64,000 bases of DNA from Marinobacter sp. Its GTDB lineage: Bacteria; Pseudomonadota; Gammaproteobacteria; Pseudomonadales; Oleiphilaceae. The notes under the pieces are model-generated. The model ran no database searches and was not told the DNA's origin. It worked only from the letters and a program-made list of their open reading frames with translations. The position numbers and the translations under genes were made by a program. Each line of letters opens with the position of its first letter. The stretch's first letter is position 1. The stretch covers positions 505 through 64,504 of the forward strand of contig NZ_JBQDKB010000011.1 in assembly GCF_052094685.1 (NCBI RefSeq), written 5' to 3'. Below, in pieces: positions 1 through 10,900 of the stretch.

Positions 1-1118
1 GCTGGCACGCCTTTTTTCTGGCCATGGTGTTGTGGGTATCTGGCCAAGGAGTGGTTGGTGGTCTTGAGCGCGCATTTCGGATTGTCGTGCCCGGCACGTT
101 GGTGCTCTTGGTTGCATTATTCGGGCTTGCCGCGTGGTACGGAAAGATTAACGGAGCCGTCAGCCAGATTCTTCAGATGCATCCCCAGGATCTTTCATGG
201 GCCAGTTTGAGCGCTGCACTGTTTCATGCATTTTTTACACTGGGCCTGGGTATGGGCGTTTGGGCTATTCTGGGTGCTTACACCACACCGGACACGCAGT
301 TTAAACGATCCATTCTCGCGGTTGTGCTGATGGATACGCTGGTCGCAATTTTGGCCGGGCTGATGATATTTTCCGTAGCAACGGAAACCAGTGTGTTTGA
401 CGGCCTGCGTGGGTTCGGCCTGCTGTTTGTTTCACTCCCGCTTACCCTTGCTGAGTTTCCTGCAAGCCAGTTCGTTATCGCGACCGTATTTGTCATGGTG
501 GTCATGATTGTATGGGCAACCGCACTGGCGTTGCTGGAGCCGGTTGTTGGATGGTTTCGTGAGTGGACAGGAGCGCCCCGGGGGCTCTCTGTATTTCTGG
601 TGGGCATGGCGGTATGGATCGCGGGTTTGGCGTCATTATTTTCATTCAACCTGTGGGCTGAATATCGGGTAGGTGGCGCGACGGCTTTTCGTTGGCTTGA
701 GCTGGTAACCGGAGGGTTGATGATTCCTTTGGTGGCGATTCTAATAGCGCTTTTTACCGGTTGGTGCCTAACCCGCAACCTTGCAAGAACTATGGTTGGT
801 GCAGCACCCAAGCTCTTTGGGAAAATCTGGTTCTGGGTTATGCGCTTGGTGTTGCCTCTGGTTGTCGCGTATATCGGCATTCACTACACAGCAGCTTCAT
901 TGGTGAGTTTGTGCGACAGCGGTAGTGATGCATTTTGGTGCGAGCCTTCGCCGGGAATCGATTTTCGGGATGAGCGTAAAATCTCGCCTGAGGTGGAGGT
1001 TGAGGGCTCAAGAGAGTTGCTCCCGGCAAATAAACTACCTGCAAGCGACCGTGTTGAGCGGCAATCGCTCCCCGAAAATACCCCTAAAGAAGACGATATC
1101 CTTTATCATAGTGTCTGA
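1..1118 (+). CDS. Sodium-dependent transporter, SNF/NSS family (5' end lies outside the window)
   Basis: Frame is open from the window edge; many hydrophobic TM segments; 'AFFTLGLGMG' and 'AYT' resemble the NSS 'FFSLSLG(M)G..Y.SY' motif. Confidence 0.8.
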   Translation, partial: WHAFFLAMVLWVSGQGVVGGLERAFRIVVPGTLVLLVALFGLAAWYGKINGAVSQILQMHPQDLSWASLSAALFHAFFTLGLGMGVWAILGAYTTPDTQFKRSILAVVLMDTLVAILAGLMIFSVATETSVFDGLRGFGLLFVSLPLTLAEFPASQFVIATVFVMVVMIVWATALALLEPVVGWFREWTGAPRGLSVFLVGMAVWIAGLASLFSFNLWAEYRVGGATAFRWLELVTGGLMIPLVAILIALFTGWCLTRNLARTMVGAAPKLFGKIWFWVMRLVLPLVVAYIGIHYTAASLVSLCDSGSDAFWCEPSPGIDFRDERKISPEVEVEGSRELLPANKLPASDRVERQSLPENTPKEDDILYHSV

Positions 1119-1192
1119 TTGCATCCATGTGAGCACGTCAGAGCTCTGCAATTGGTCTTAACGCGTGTTTGTAAGTAGGACAGCCAGTTCCA

Positions 1193-1636
1193 ATGCCCCA
1201 TCAGATTGATAAAACAGCCCTGGTTATGCACTCTGCCGAGCGTATGTTTCACTTGGTTAACGATATTGCCCGTTATCCCGAGTTTCTTCCTTGGTGTGCG
1301 GGTGCCGAGATTCATCAGCAGGATCCGGAGCAGATTATGGCTTCGCTAGAGATTGCTAAGGGTGGGGTGCGCCACAAACTCACCACCCGCAACCAGTTGC
1401 TGATGCCAGAAGCCATTGAAATGAACCTGGTGGATGGGCCATTTCGCAATCTTACGGGGCGTTGGCATTTCAAGGCGCTGAGTGAAAATGCCTGTAAAGT
1501 CATCTTAACGCTGGATTTTGAGTTTTCAGGCACTTTGTCGCGTATGACCTTTGGGCCTGTGTTTAATCAAGCTGCCACAACTATGGTGGATGCATTCTGT
1601 CGTAGAGCTGATGATATTTACACAGGAGGTGCCTGA
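1193..1636 (+). CDS. ratA: RatA/PasT START-domain protein (Coq10-like, ribosome association toxin)
   Basis: 'LVNDIARYPEFLPWC' and 'GPFRNLTGRWHF' motifs; precedes ratB and bamE. Confidence 0.93.
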   Translation: MPHQIDKTALVMHSAERMFHLVNDIARYPEFLPWCAGAEIHQQDPEQIMASLEIAKGGVRHKLTTRNQLLMPEAIEMNLVDGPFRNLTGRWHFKALSENACKVILTLDFEFSGTLSRMTFGPVFNQAATTMVDAFCRRADDIYTGGA

Positions 1637-1923
1637 TGCCGCAGGTTGAGGTGGCTTATGCCCGGCCAGACAAGCAGGAAATCATTTCTGTGCGGGTGCC
1701 GAAAGGCACAACGGCGGTTGAAGCGGTCAAATTATCAGGCATTGCTGCGATTTTCCCCGAGATCGATGCTGAGTCCATTGATATGGGGATATTTGGCAAA
1801 GCTATTAAAAGGCCAGCGGATCACGAATTGCGTGATGGCGATAGAGTAGAGTTGTATCGCCCGCTTCAAATTGACCCGAAGCAGGCGCGCCTGAACCGGG
1901 CCAAAAAGAAATCCGGGGATTAG
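1636..1923 (+). CDS. ratB: RatB/RnfH ubiquitin-like protein
   Basis: 'VEVAYA...GIFGK...LRDGDRVELYRPLQIDPKQAR'; overlaps the ratA stop. Confidence 0.92.
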   Translation: MPQVEVAYARPDKQEIISVRVPKGTTAVEAVKLSGIAAIFPEIDAESIDMGIFGKAIKRPADHELRDGDRVELYRPLQIDPKQARLNRAKKKSGD

Positions 1924-2246
1924 TAGGCGGGGGTTTCTTCCAGAAGCTGCGCTTCGTAATGAGAGTAACGGTTGTCGTTGTAGTGCACGATGATTCGTTG
2001 TTCCTCAATGTCGCCACCGCGGCGCTGGAACGTATAAACGTAGTATTCCCGAGAATCATCAACTGGGTTCAGCATTAAAGGGCTACCGAGCAGTGCCTGA
2101 ACCTGGCTGCGAGGCATTCCTTCGTTGAGTTTAGACAGCTCTTCATCGGTTACAATATTGCCTTGCTGGACGTTGATCTTGTAAACGCCTGGGAAAGCAC
2201 AACCGGATAGAACCAGAGTGAGAATGAGAGCTGTGAGCTTTTGCAT
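1920..2246 (-). CDS. bamE: Outer membrane protein assembly factor BamE
   Basis: Lipobox LSGC; 'YKINVQQGN...GMPRSQVQALLGSP'; divergent from fur. Confidence 0.93.
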   Translation of the reverse strand: MQKLTALILTLVLSGCAFPGVYKINVQQGNIVTDEELSKLNEGMPRSQVQALLGSPLMLNPVDDSREYYVYTFQRRGGDIEEQRIIVHYNDNRYSHYEAQLLEETPAY

Positions 2247-2368
2247 CGCCGGAGGAAATCCTCTATCTTGAAATCGCCTGCCAAGGGCAGGTGTGGCACG
2301 GGTTAACCGTTAAAAGGCGGCTTCATCATACCGGAAGCCGTGAGGCACACCAAAGAGTGAATCGTAAC

Positions 2369-2776
2369 ATGTCATCTGAAAACGCCGAATTACGAAAAGT
2401 CGGTCTCAAAGTAACTCTGCCAAGAGTGAAAATCTTCAATATCTTGGAAAACGCCAAGGATCACCACCTCAGCGCCGAGGACGTGTACAAGCGGCTCCTT
2501 GACCAAGGTGATGATGTGGGGCTGGCCACCGTGTACCGGGTGCTCACCCAGTTTGAGACGGCGGGGCTGGTGCTTCGTCATAACTTTGAAGGTGGTCATG
2601 CTGTATTCGAGATGGCGGGTGAAGATCACCATGATCACATGGTTTGTACTCAAACAGGCCAGGTGATTGAGTTTGTTGATGAAGTTATCGAGGAGCGTCA
2701 GCAGAAAATCGCAAAAGAGCACGGCTATGAAATTGTCGAGCACAGCCTGATTCTTTACGTTAAACCCATCAAATAG
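2369..2776 (+). CDS. fur: Ferric uptake regulator
   Basis: 'LRKVGLKVTLPRVKI...GLATVYRVLTQFE...HHDHMVC'; start reassigned to the ATG at 2369. Confidence 0.97.
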   Translation: MSSENAELRKVGLKVTLPRVKIFNILENAKDHHLSAEDVYKRLLDQGDDVGLATVYRVLTQFETAGLVLRHNFEGGHAVFEMAGEDHHDHMVCTQTGQVIEFVDEVIEERQQKIAKEHGYEIVEHSLILYVKPIK

Positions 2777-2805
2777 TAAGCGGGCAGTATTAGATAGCGG
2801 AACAG

Positions 2806-2835
2806 AAAAAGGGGGCAGGCTGTGAAGCCTGCCCC
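2806..2835 (-). terminator. Intrinsic terminator between convergent fur and recN
   Basis: GGGGCAGGCT-gtga-AGCCTGCCCC with an A5 run on the left, giving a U tract on the minus strand. Confidence 0.7.
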
Positions 2836-2880
2836 AACAGCTCTCAGGGTCGAGAGGGGGAAGTGGTAATTGTCATCAAA

Positions 2881-4560
2881 TCAATGATGTGTTGCCTGTC
2901 CTTTGGAAAACATTTCTGTAGCGTGGGCGATGGTGTGTTCGGTCATGTCTACGCCGCCCAGCATTCTTGCAACTTCACTGATCCTTGCTTCGTCGTCCAG
3001 AGATTCGATTTTTGAGAAAGTCGCGTCCTGCTGGGTAAATTTGCTGACAAACAGGTGTTGGTGACACTGGGCCGCAACCTGTGGCAAGTGGGTTACGCAG
3101 ATAACCTGGCCATTGTCTCCCAGCGAGCGCAGCAGCTTGCCAACCACCTCGGCGGTGCCGCCGCCAATGCCCACATCAACTTCGTCGAAGATCAACGTGG
3201 GCGTTGTGGATGTTTGTGCAACAACTACCTGGATTGCCAGGCTGATGCGTGAAAGTTCGCCACCGGAGGCAACTTTGGCAAGAGGTCTTGCAGGCTGCCC
3301 GGGGTTGGCGCTCACCAAAAATTCGACTTCTTCCAGCCCGTGCGGCGCAGGCTCGCTTTGGCCGCTGCGGTTCAGGTGGGTAACAAACTGAACCGACGGC
3401 ATGCTTAGTTGCGCCAGTTCGCCGGCAATACGCTGGTCCAGATCCCCTGCTGCTTTGGCTCGAACTTCGGAAAGTTTTCCGGCCAGCTCGTCAAAACCTT
3501 TACGCTGGTTTGCCAGCTCTTCTTCCAGCTTCTCAAGGCTGCCTTCGCCGCCATTCAGCTCTGCCAGTTCGGCATTTTGCCGCTTATGAAACTCCGGCAG
3601 TTCTTCCGGGCCAATACGATGTTTGCGTGCCATCTGGTAAATGGCGCTGAGCCGCTCTTCAACTTCTGACAGTCGTGCTGGATCTGCCTCATAGTCATCC
3701 ACAAAATGACGAAGGTTATCACCAGCTTCGCTGATCTGGATCTCGGCTTCCTTCAGCATCTGGAGGGTGTCGGCCAGTGCCGGTACTTCAGTCGGCAGTT
3801 GCTCGAGCTGCTGTAGTGCTTGGCGCACCAGGTTCGCTGCATTGGTTTCGTCCTCGGTGCACAGCAGCGCTGCGTGATGGCTGCTATGAAGGATGGCGTC
3901 GGCCTGGCTCAGTTGTGCCTGTTCTTTTTCAAGCTGCTCTTGTTCGCCGGCTTCAAGCGCTAGGCGGTCAAGTTCTTCTACCTGGTAGCGCAGTAGTTGC
4001 AGTCTGGCTTCAGACTCTTCGGCGTTCTGCTGGCGCTCAATCAGCTTTGTGCGGATTTGGTTCCAGGCTTTCCAGGCTTCGCGGGTCTGGCTGGCGAGTT
4101 CTTCGGCACCGGCAAATTCATCGATCAGCTTGCGGTGGGTTTCTTTGCGCAGAAGCGACTGGTGTTGATGTTGGCTGTGAATGTCCATTAGCAGCCCGCC
4201 GAGATCTTTCAGGTGGGCAAGCGGGCAGGGCTGGCCATTAATGTATGCCCGTGAGCGCCCGTCTTTGCTGATTACTCTGCGCAGGATGCAGTCGCTGTCG
4301 TCATCCAATTCGTGGCTTTCCAGCCATTGCAACGCTTCCGCGATACCGGAAACATCAAACGTAGCAGTAATGTCCGCACGTTTTGCGCCGTGGCGCACGG
4401 CCCCTGCATCGGCGCGACCGCCCATCGCTAGCCCCAGAGCGTCCAGTACAATGGATTTGCCCGCGCCAGTTTCACCCGTGAGCGCTGTCATGCCTTTATT
4501 GAATTGCAGTTCTACCCGTTCGGCAATTGCATAGTTGGAAACTGTGAGCTGTGTGAGCAT
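2881..4560 (-). CDS. recN: DNA repair protein RecN
   Basis: Walker A 'TGETGAGKS', coiled coil, 'SGGELSRI', 'LIFDEVD'. Confidence 0.97.
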   Translation of the reverse strand: MLTQLTVSNYAIAERVELQFNKGMTALTGETGAGKSIVLDALGLAMGGRADAGAVRHGAKRADITATFDVSGIAEALQWLESHELDDDSDCILRRVISKDGRSRAYINGQPCPLAHLKDLGGLLMDIHSQHQHQSLLRKETHRKLIDEFAGAEELASQTREAWKAWNQIRTKLIERQQNAEESEARLQLLRYQVEELDRLALEAGEQEQLEKEQAQLSQADAILHSSHHAALLCTEDETNAANLVRQALQQLEQLPTEVPALADTLQMLKEAEIQISEAGDNLRHFVDDYEADPARLSEVEERLSAIYQMARKHRIGPEELPEFHKRQNAELAELNGGEGSLEKLEEELANQRKGFDELAGKLSEVRAKAAGDLDQRIAGELAQLSMPSVQFVTHLNRSGQSEPAPHGLEEVEFLVSANPGQPARPLAKVASGGELSRISLAIQVVVAQTSTTPTLIFDEVDVGIGGGTAEVVGKLLRSLGDNGQVICVTHLPQVAAQCHQHLFVSKFTQQDATFSKIESLDDEARISEVARMLGGVDMTEHTIAHATEMFSKGQATHH

Positions 4561-4588
4561 GCAGATAACCTCCGCCTTCCAAAATGTA

Positions 4589-4623
4589 CTGTTCGTTCAT
4601 ACAGTCACTGTGAATATATACAG
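4589..4623. promoter_or_regulatory. Two tandem LexA (SOS) boxes upstream of recN
   Basis: CTGTTCGTTCATACAG (4589-4604) and CTGTGAATATATACAG (4608-4623), both CTG-N10-CAG. Confidence 0.9.
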
Positions 4624-4682
4624 GGTTTTTCCGGTTTGCAAACGCCTGGGTGTGATTTTCTTCAGGAATGCAGGCTTTGATG

Positions 4683-4710
4683 GTTGAAACCTGAGACGCT
4701 AACCCCATAT
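4683..4710 (+). promoter_or_regulatory. Sigma32 (RpoH) promoter of grpE
   Basis: GTTGAAA-N13-CCCCATAT. Confidence 0.85.
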
Positions 4711-4806
4711 CGGTTCGCAATAACGTTCTTCCGGCACTGCGTGGCCGGAGCCTATGTTCAATTGGTCGCGATTTAGCCGACCACCGAAGATCTGGCAGGA
4801 GTAGTC

Positions 4807-5409
4807 ATGAGCACCGACGAAAACCGCAATGAGCAGGTAGATGAGTTGAAAGAGGCCGCTGAGGCGTCCGCTGAAGAAGTGCAAGCGGGCGAGCAGGAGG
4901 TTGAGCAAGATGAGGTTTCTGAAGTAGATGCGTTAAATGCGCAACTTCAGGATTCCCAGGAGCAAATGCTGCGTATGCAGGCAGAGATGCAGAATGTGCG
5001 TCGCCGGGCAGAGATGGATGTTGAGAAAGCGCACAAATTTGCGCTGGAAAAGTTCGTCAAAGAATTGCTGCCGGTAGCTGACAGTCTTGAGAAGGCGGTT
5101 GAGAGCACCGAGGGCCAAGAGAAGGCTGGAGAGCTGGTAGCTTCTATTCGCGAGGGCGTGGATATGACGCTCAACCTGTTTGTGTCGAGCCTTAAAAAGT
5201 TCAATGTTGAGCCGTTGAACCCGGTGGGTGAGCCGTTCGATCCCCAGCAGCATGAAGCCATGTCTATGGTGCCCGCCCCAAATGCAGAGCCGAACAGCGT
5301 GGTTGCAGTGGTGCAGAAAGGCTACCTGCTGAATGGGCGTGTGGTACGGCCAGCAATGGTCATGGTCGCGAAGGCTGAAGGTGCATCAAAAATTGATGAG
5401 AAGGCTTGA
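4807..5409 (+). CDS. grpE: Nucleotide exchange factor GrpE
   Basis: 'AEMQNVRRR', 'FDPQQHEA', '[16 protein letters not shown]'. Confidence 0.97.
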   Translation: MSTDENRNEQVDELKEAAEASAEEVQAGEQEVEQDEVSEVDALNAQLQDSQEQMLRMQAEMQNVRRRAEMDVEKAHKFALEKFVKELLPVADSLEKAVESTEGQEKAGELVASIREGVDMTLNLFVSSLKKFNVEPLNPVGEPFDPQQHEAMSMVPAPNAEPNSVVAVVQKGYLLNGRVVRPAMVMVAKAEGASKIDEKA

Positions 5410-5432
5410 AAAAACGCCGAAAGCGCCAATAT
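5405..5432 (+). promoter_or_regulatory. Sigma32 promoter of dnaK, overlapping the grpE stop codon
   Basis: CTTGAAA-N13-GCCAATAT. Confidence 0.7.
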
Positions 5433-5512
5433 AGCTATTAAACAGAATCATCCGGACTAAACATCTCCGGACAACTATTAAGAACAGTATTCAGAAGAAC
5501 TGGAGCGAATCA

Positions 5513-7432
5513 ATGAGCAAGATTATCGGTATTGACCTTGGAACAACCAACTCGTGTGTCGCCATCATGGATGGTGACAAGGTTCGGGTTATTGAGAACG
5601 CAGAGGGTGATCGCACTACCCCATCGATCATCGCCTACACCGAAGATAATGAGATTTTGGTTGGCCAGTCAGCTAAACGCCAGGCGGTTACCAACCCTGA
5701 GAACACTATTTACGCCATCAAGCGTTTGATCGGCCGTCGTTTCAAAGATGATGTTGTTCAGAAAGACATCAAAATGGTGCCCTATAAAATTTCGGGTGCG
5801 GATAACGGTGATGCTTGGGTAGAAGTGAAAGGCGAAAAAATGGCGCCGCCGCAGGTTTCTGCGGAAATTCTGAAAAAGATGAAGAAGACTGCAGAAGATT
5901 ACCTGGGTGAGAAAGTGACTGAAGCGGTTATCACCGTTCCTGCTTACTTCAATGACAGCCAGCGCCAGGCCACTAAGGATGCGGGCAGAATTGCCGGTCT
6001 TGAAGTGAAGCGTATTATTAACGAGCCGACTGCGGCAGCTCTGGCCTACGGTCTAGACAAAAAAGGCGGCGATCGCACCGTAGCGGTATACGACCTGGGT
6101 GGCGGTACTTTCGATCTTTCCATCATCGAAATTGCGGATGTGGACGGCGAGCACCAGTTTGAAGTGTTGGCGACCAATGGCGATACCTTCCTTGGCGGCG
6201 AAGACTTCGATATGAAAATCATCGAATTCCTGGCTGACCAGTTCAAGAAGGACAGTGGGATTGATCTGCGCGGCGACTCTCTGGCCATGCAGCGTCTGAA
6301 AGAAGCGGGTGAAAAAGCCAAGATTGAGCTTTCCAGCAGCCAGCAGACCGACGTTAACTTGCCGTACATCACTGCAGATGCCAGTGGTCCCAAGCACATG
6401 AACGTAAAGCTGACCCGAGCCAAGCTCGAGTCGCTGGTTGAAGATCTTGTTCAGCGCAGCCTGGAGCCTTGTAAGGTTGCCCTGAAGGATTCAGGCATGA
6501 AAGTTGGCGAAATCGACGAAGTTATCCTGGTCGGTGGTCAAACTCGTATGCCGCTGGTTCAGGAAAAAGTTAAAGATTTCTTTGGCAAAGACGCCCGTAA
6601 GGACGTGAACCCTGATGAAGCTGTTGCTATGGGCGCTGCGATTCAGGCGGCCGTACTTTCTGGTGATGTGAAAGACGTACTGCTGTTGGACGTGACTCCG
6701 CTGACCCTGGGTATTGAAACCATGGGTGGTGTTGCCACACCGGTAATCGATAAGAACACCACGATTCCGACCAAAAAGTCGCAGACCTTCTCGACAGCAG
6801 AAGATAACCAGACAGCGGTGACCATTCATGTTGTTCAGGGTGAGCGCAAGCAAGCGACTCAGAACAAGTCCCTTGGGCGTTTTGATCTGGCGGACATTCC
6901 ACCGGCATCACGCGGTGTGCCGCAAATCGAAGTAACCTTCGATATCGATGCCAACGGTATTCTGAACGTGTCTGCAAAAGACAAGGCTACCGGCAAAGAG
7001 CAGTCCATCGTGATCAAGGCTTCTTCTGGCCTGAACGACGATGAAATCGAAAAGATGGTGCAGGACGCTGAAGCGAACGCTGAAGAAGATCGCAAGTTCG
7101 AAGAGTTGGTTCAGGTTCGTAACCAGGGTGATGCGATGGTTCACGCCGTACGCAAAACTTTGACAGAAGCTGCTGACAAGGTCAGCGAAAGCGAGAAAGA
7201 GTCTATCGAGGCGTCTATCAAGGAGCTCGAAGAAGCACTTTCGGGTTCTGATAAGGACGACATTGAAGCCAAAACTCAGAAGCTGACTGAAGCTTCTTCA
7301 GAATTGGCTCAGAAGATGTACGCAGAAGAAGAGGGCCAGGCAGAGCAAGCTGGTGGGCAGGAAGAAGCCCAGTCTGCTGATGATGCAGTGGATGCCGAGT
7401 TCGAAGAAGTTAAAGACGACGAAAAGAAGTAA
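5513..7432 (+). CDS. dnaK: Chaperone DnaK (Hsp70)
   Basis: '[13 protein letters not shown]', 'TVPAYFND', 'DLGGGTFD'. Confidence 0.99.
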   Translation: MSKIIGIDLGTTNSCVAIMDGDKVRVIENAEGDRTTPSIIAYTEDNEILVGQSAKRQAVTNPENTIYAIKRLIGRRFKDDVVQKDIKMVPYKISGADNGDAWVEVKGEKMAPPQVSAEILKKMKKTAEDYLGEKVTEAVITVPAYFNDSQRQATKDAGRIAGLEVKRIINEPTAAALAYGLDKKGGDRTVAVYDLGGGTFDLSIIEIADVDGEHQFEVLATNGDTFLGGEDFDMKIIEFLADQFKKDSGIDLRGDSLAMQRLKEAGEKAKIELSSSQQTDVNLPYITADASGPKHMNVKLTRAKLESLVEDLVQRSLEPCKVALKDSGMKVGEIDEVILVGGQTRMPLVQEKVKDFFGKDARKDVNPDEAVAMGAAIQAAVLSGDVKDVLLLDVTPLTLGIETMGGVATPVIDKNTTIPTKKSQTFSTAEDNQTAVTIHVVQGERKQATQNKSLGRFDLADIPPASRGVPQIEVTFDIDANGILNVSAKDKATGKEQSIVIKASSGLNDDEIEKMVQDAEANAEEDRKFEELVQVRNQGDAMVHAVRKTLTEAADKVSESEKESIEASIKELEEALSGSDKDDIEAKTQKLTEASSELAQKMYAEEEGQAEQAGGQEEAQSADDAVDAEFEEVKDDEKK

Positions 7433-7456
7433 TTCTGACGTACATCAGGTAGTTGG

Positions 7457-7481
7457 AAAACGCGGAGCTGCTCCGCGTTTT
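7457..7481 (+). terminator. Terminator-like hairpin between dnaK and dnaJ
   Basis: AAAACGCGGAG-ctg-CTCCGCGTTTT. Confidence 0.7.
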
Positions 7482-7509
7482 CCTCGTTTAAAAAACAGGG
7501 TTTTAAAGC

Positions 7510-8643
7510 ATGGCCAAGCGCGATTATTACGACATTCTCGGGGTTTCACGGGACGCGGACGACAAAGAAGTTAAGCGGGCGTACCGAAAGCTCGCAATGA
7601 AATACCACCCCGACCGTAACCCAGAAGATACCGACGCCGAGAACAAGTTCAAAGAGGCCAGCGAAGCCTATGAAATATTGGCTGACCAGTCTAAGCGAGC
7701 GGCTTATGATCAGTTCGGCCATGCCGGAGTAGATGGCCAAGCCGGTGGTGGATTTGGAGGTGGTGGCAATGGCAACTTCTCCGATATCTTTGGCGACGTA
7801 TTTGGCGATATTTTTGGTGGTGGTGGCGGTCGCGGTGGCCGCAACACCCGAGGTTCAGATCTGCGCTACACCCTGGAGCTGGATCTAGAAGAAGCCGTAA
7901 AGGGAAAAACCGTTGAGATTAACATTCCCGGGCACCGGGAATGTGATACTTGTGACGGTAGCGGTGCTGAAAAAGGTTCCCGCCCTGAAACCTGCGGCAC
8001 TTGTAAAGGTATGGGCCAGGTGCGTATGCAGCAGGGCTTCTTTGCCGTGCAGCAGGCTTGTCCCACGTGCCGTGGATCTGGCCAGATTATCAAAAACCCG
8101 TGTAGGTCTTGCCAGGGGCAGGGCAGGATTCGGGAAGAAAAAACCCTTTCCGTTAAAGTGCCACCCGGTGTGGATACGGGCGACCGTATTCGGCTCTCGG
8201 GCGAAGGCGAGATGGGTATAGATGGCGGCCCCTCCGGCGATCTGTACGTGCAGATGTCTGTGCGTGAGCACTCCATTTTCACCCGTGATGGCCGCAACCT
8301 TTATTGCGAAGTGCCTATAAGCATTGTTGATGCCACTCTTGGCGGCGAGCTGGAAGTGCCAACACTGGACGGCCGCGTAAAGCTGAGAATTCCGGCAGAA
8401 ACCCAGACTGGGAAGCTCTTCCGGCTACGCAGCAAGGGTGTTAGCCCGGTTCGCGGAGGCCCTTCCGGAGATCTCTTGTGCCGCGTCATTGTGGAGACCC
8501 CTGTTAGGCTGAACAAGCGCCAGAAAGAATTGCTTCAGGAATTTCAGGCCACCCTCGATAACAACAAGGGTACAAATCACGCGCCGAAGAAAACGTCCTG
8601 GTTTGAGGGTGTTAAAAGCTTTTTCGACGAAATGAAATTCTGA
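7510..8643 (+). CDS. dnaJ: Chaperone DnaJ
   Basis: J domain with HPD, G/F-rich region, four CxxCxGxG repeats. Confidence 0.99.
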   Translation: MAKRDYYDILGVSRDADDKEVKRAYRKLAMKYHPDRNPEDTDAENKFKEASEAYEILADQSKRAAYDQFGHAGVDGQAGGGFGGGGNGNFSDIFGDVFGDIFGGGGGRGGRNTRGSDLRYTLELDLEEAVKGKTVEINIPGHRECDTCDGSGAEKGSRPETCGTCKGMGQVRMQQGFFAVQQACPTCRGSGQIIKNPCRSCQGQGRIREEKTLSVKVPPGVDTGDRIRLSGEGEMGIDGGPSGDLYVQMSVREHSIFTRDGRNLYCEVPISIVDATLGGELEVPTLDGRVKLRIPAETQTGKLFRLRSKGVSPVRGGPSGDLLCRVIVETPVRLNKRQKELLQEFQATLDNNKGTNHAPKKTSWFEGVKSFFDEMKF

Positions 8644-8664
8644 ACCGTTTCATATAAGGAATAG

Positions 8665-9468
<804 letters not shown>

Positions 9469-9488
9469 CACCGGGTGATGATTTTGCA

Positions 9489-9517
9489 TGGACACAAAAC
9501 CGCATATTTTATACAAT
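9489..9517 (+). promoter_or_regulatory. Sigma70 promoter of carAB
   Basis: TGGACA-N17-TACAAT. Confidence 0.7.
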
Positions 9518-9584
9518 AAGGCGGTTTAACTGCACCAAGCGTAGGCTTTGAAAAGCCCAAGGGACAAAAAAGTCCCCGGATAAC

Positions 9585-9623
9585 AAAAAGCGGGACGGGG
9601 TTTTTACTCCCTCTCGCTTTTTT
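9585..9623 (+). terminator. Terminator/attenuator hairpin in the carA leader
   Basis: AAAAAGCGGGACGGGG...CTCCCTCTCGCTTTTTT, located between the promoter and the carA start. Confidence 0.65.
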
Positions 9624-9692
9624 GCGACCTGAATTTGCGCTTGCGTTCCTGCATGTGACGAACCAAAACGCCACCCGATGAGGATACAAGCC

Positions 9693-10823
9693 TTGAGCAC
9701 ACCCGCAATCCTTGCACTCGCAGACGGAAGCCTGTTCTACGGCACCGCCATTGGCGCTGACGGCGAAACCAGTGGTGAAGTGGTGTTTAACACCGCTATG
9801 ACCGGCTACCAAGAAATACTGACAGATCCGTCCTACGCCCGCCAGCTCGTTACTTTAACCTACCCGCATATCGGCAACACCGGTGTGAATGAGGAAGATG
9901 TTGAGTCAGATCGCGTTCAGGCCGCCGGCCTGATTATCCGCGATCTACCTTTGATGGCTAGTAACTGGCGCAGCACTGGGTCGTTGGACGAGTACCTGCG
10001 AAGCAACAATATTGTCGGAATTGCCGATATCGATACCCGACGCCTCACGCGCATTCTTCGAGACAAGGGTTCCCAGAGCGGCGCGATTGTGGCAGGCGCT
10101 AACGTCACGGCAGAGCAGGCATTGGAATTGGCTAAGGCATTCCCGGGGCTCCAGGGCATGGATTTGGCCAAAGAGGTCACCTGCGACAAAATCTATAATT
10201 GGACTCAAGCTGAGTGGGTACTTGGCGAAGGCTACGCTGAGGGCGGCGAAGCAAAATTCAAGGTTGTTGCATGGGATTATGGCGTTAAATTCAACATTCT
10301 GCGCATGCTTGCATCCCGTGGCTGCGACATTACCGTTGTGCCCGCGCAAACGCCGGCTGCAGACGTACTGGCAATGAATCCAGATGGCATATTTCTGTCC
10401 AATGGTCCGGGCGATCCAGCGCCCTGCGATTACGCGGTTAAAGCTATTCAGGAAGTGCTGGAAACGGAGATTCCTGTGTTTGGCATCTGCTTGGGGCACC
10501 AGTTTCTGGCGCTTGCCAGTGGCGCGAAAAGCATAAAGATGAAGCACGGTCATCACGGTGCCAATCACCCGGTTCAGCGCCTGGCTAATGGCACGGTTAT
10601 GATTACCAGCCAGAACCATGGTTTTGCGGTGGATGAAGCATCTTTGCCGGATGTGCTGGAAGTTACCCACAAATCGTTGTTCGACGGCACGCTGCAAGGT
10701 GTTCGCCGCACTGATAAACCGGCATATAGCTTTCAGGGACACCCCGAAGCGAGCCCGGGCCCATGCGACGTGGCGCCTTTATTTGATGAGTTTATCCACC
10801 TCATGGAAACTCGGGCGAAATAA
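9693..10823 (+). CDS. carA: Carbamoyl-phosphate synthase small subunit
   Basis: '[14 protein letters not shown]', 'FGICLGHQ', '[10 protein letters not shown]'; TTG at 9693 is the likely start (alternative ATG at 9678). Confidence 0.98.
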   Translation: MSTPAILALADGSLFYGTAIGADGETSGEVVFNTAMTGYQEILTDPSYARQLVTLTYPHIGNTGVNEEDVESDRVQAAGLIIRDLPLMASNWRSTGSLDEYLRSNNIVGIADIDTRRLTRILRDKGSQSGAIVAGANVTAEQALELAKAFPGLQGMDLAKEVTCDKIYNWTQAEWVLGEGYAEGGEAKFKVVAWDYGVKFNILRMLASRGCDITVVPAQTPAADVLAMNPDGIFLSNGPGDPAPCDYAVKAIQEVLETEIPVFGICLGHQFLALASGAKSIKMKHGHHGANHPVQRLANGTVMITSQNHGFAVDEASLPDVLEVTHKSLFDGTLQGVRRTDKPAYSFQGHPEASPGPCDVAPLFDEFIHLMETRAK

Positions 10824-10900
10824 CGCCGTCTCTCAGACAGACACGCGCCGCGTTCATTGCGCTGCAAGAATTTAAATGTTGCTGACAGGTTAACCAAGAC

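Noticed and set aside
1193-1923. ratAB as an exciting toxin-antitoxin or defence system
   Set aside because: It is a core locus in gammaproteobacteria, and RatA/PasT is largely explained as a Coq10-like respiratory factor.
2293-2310. TGGCAC upstream of fur as a sigma54 promoter
   Set aside because: There is no TTGC element at the -12 position.
4561-4806. No nadK between recN and grpE
   Set aside because: recN and grpE are directly adjacent in Pseudomonas-like genomes, so this is normal.
7740-7840. GGT/GGC-rich repeats in dnaJ
   Set aside because: This is the standard Gly/Phe-rich linker.
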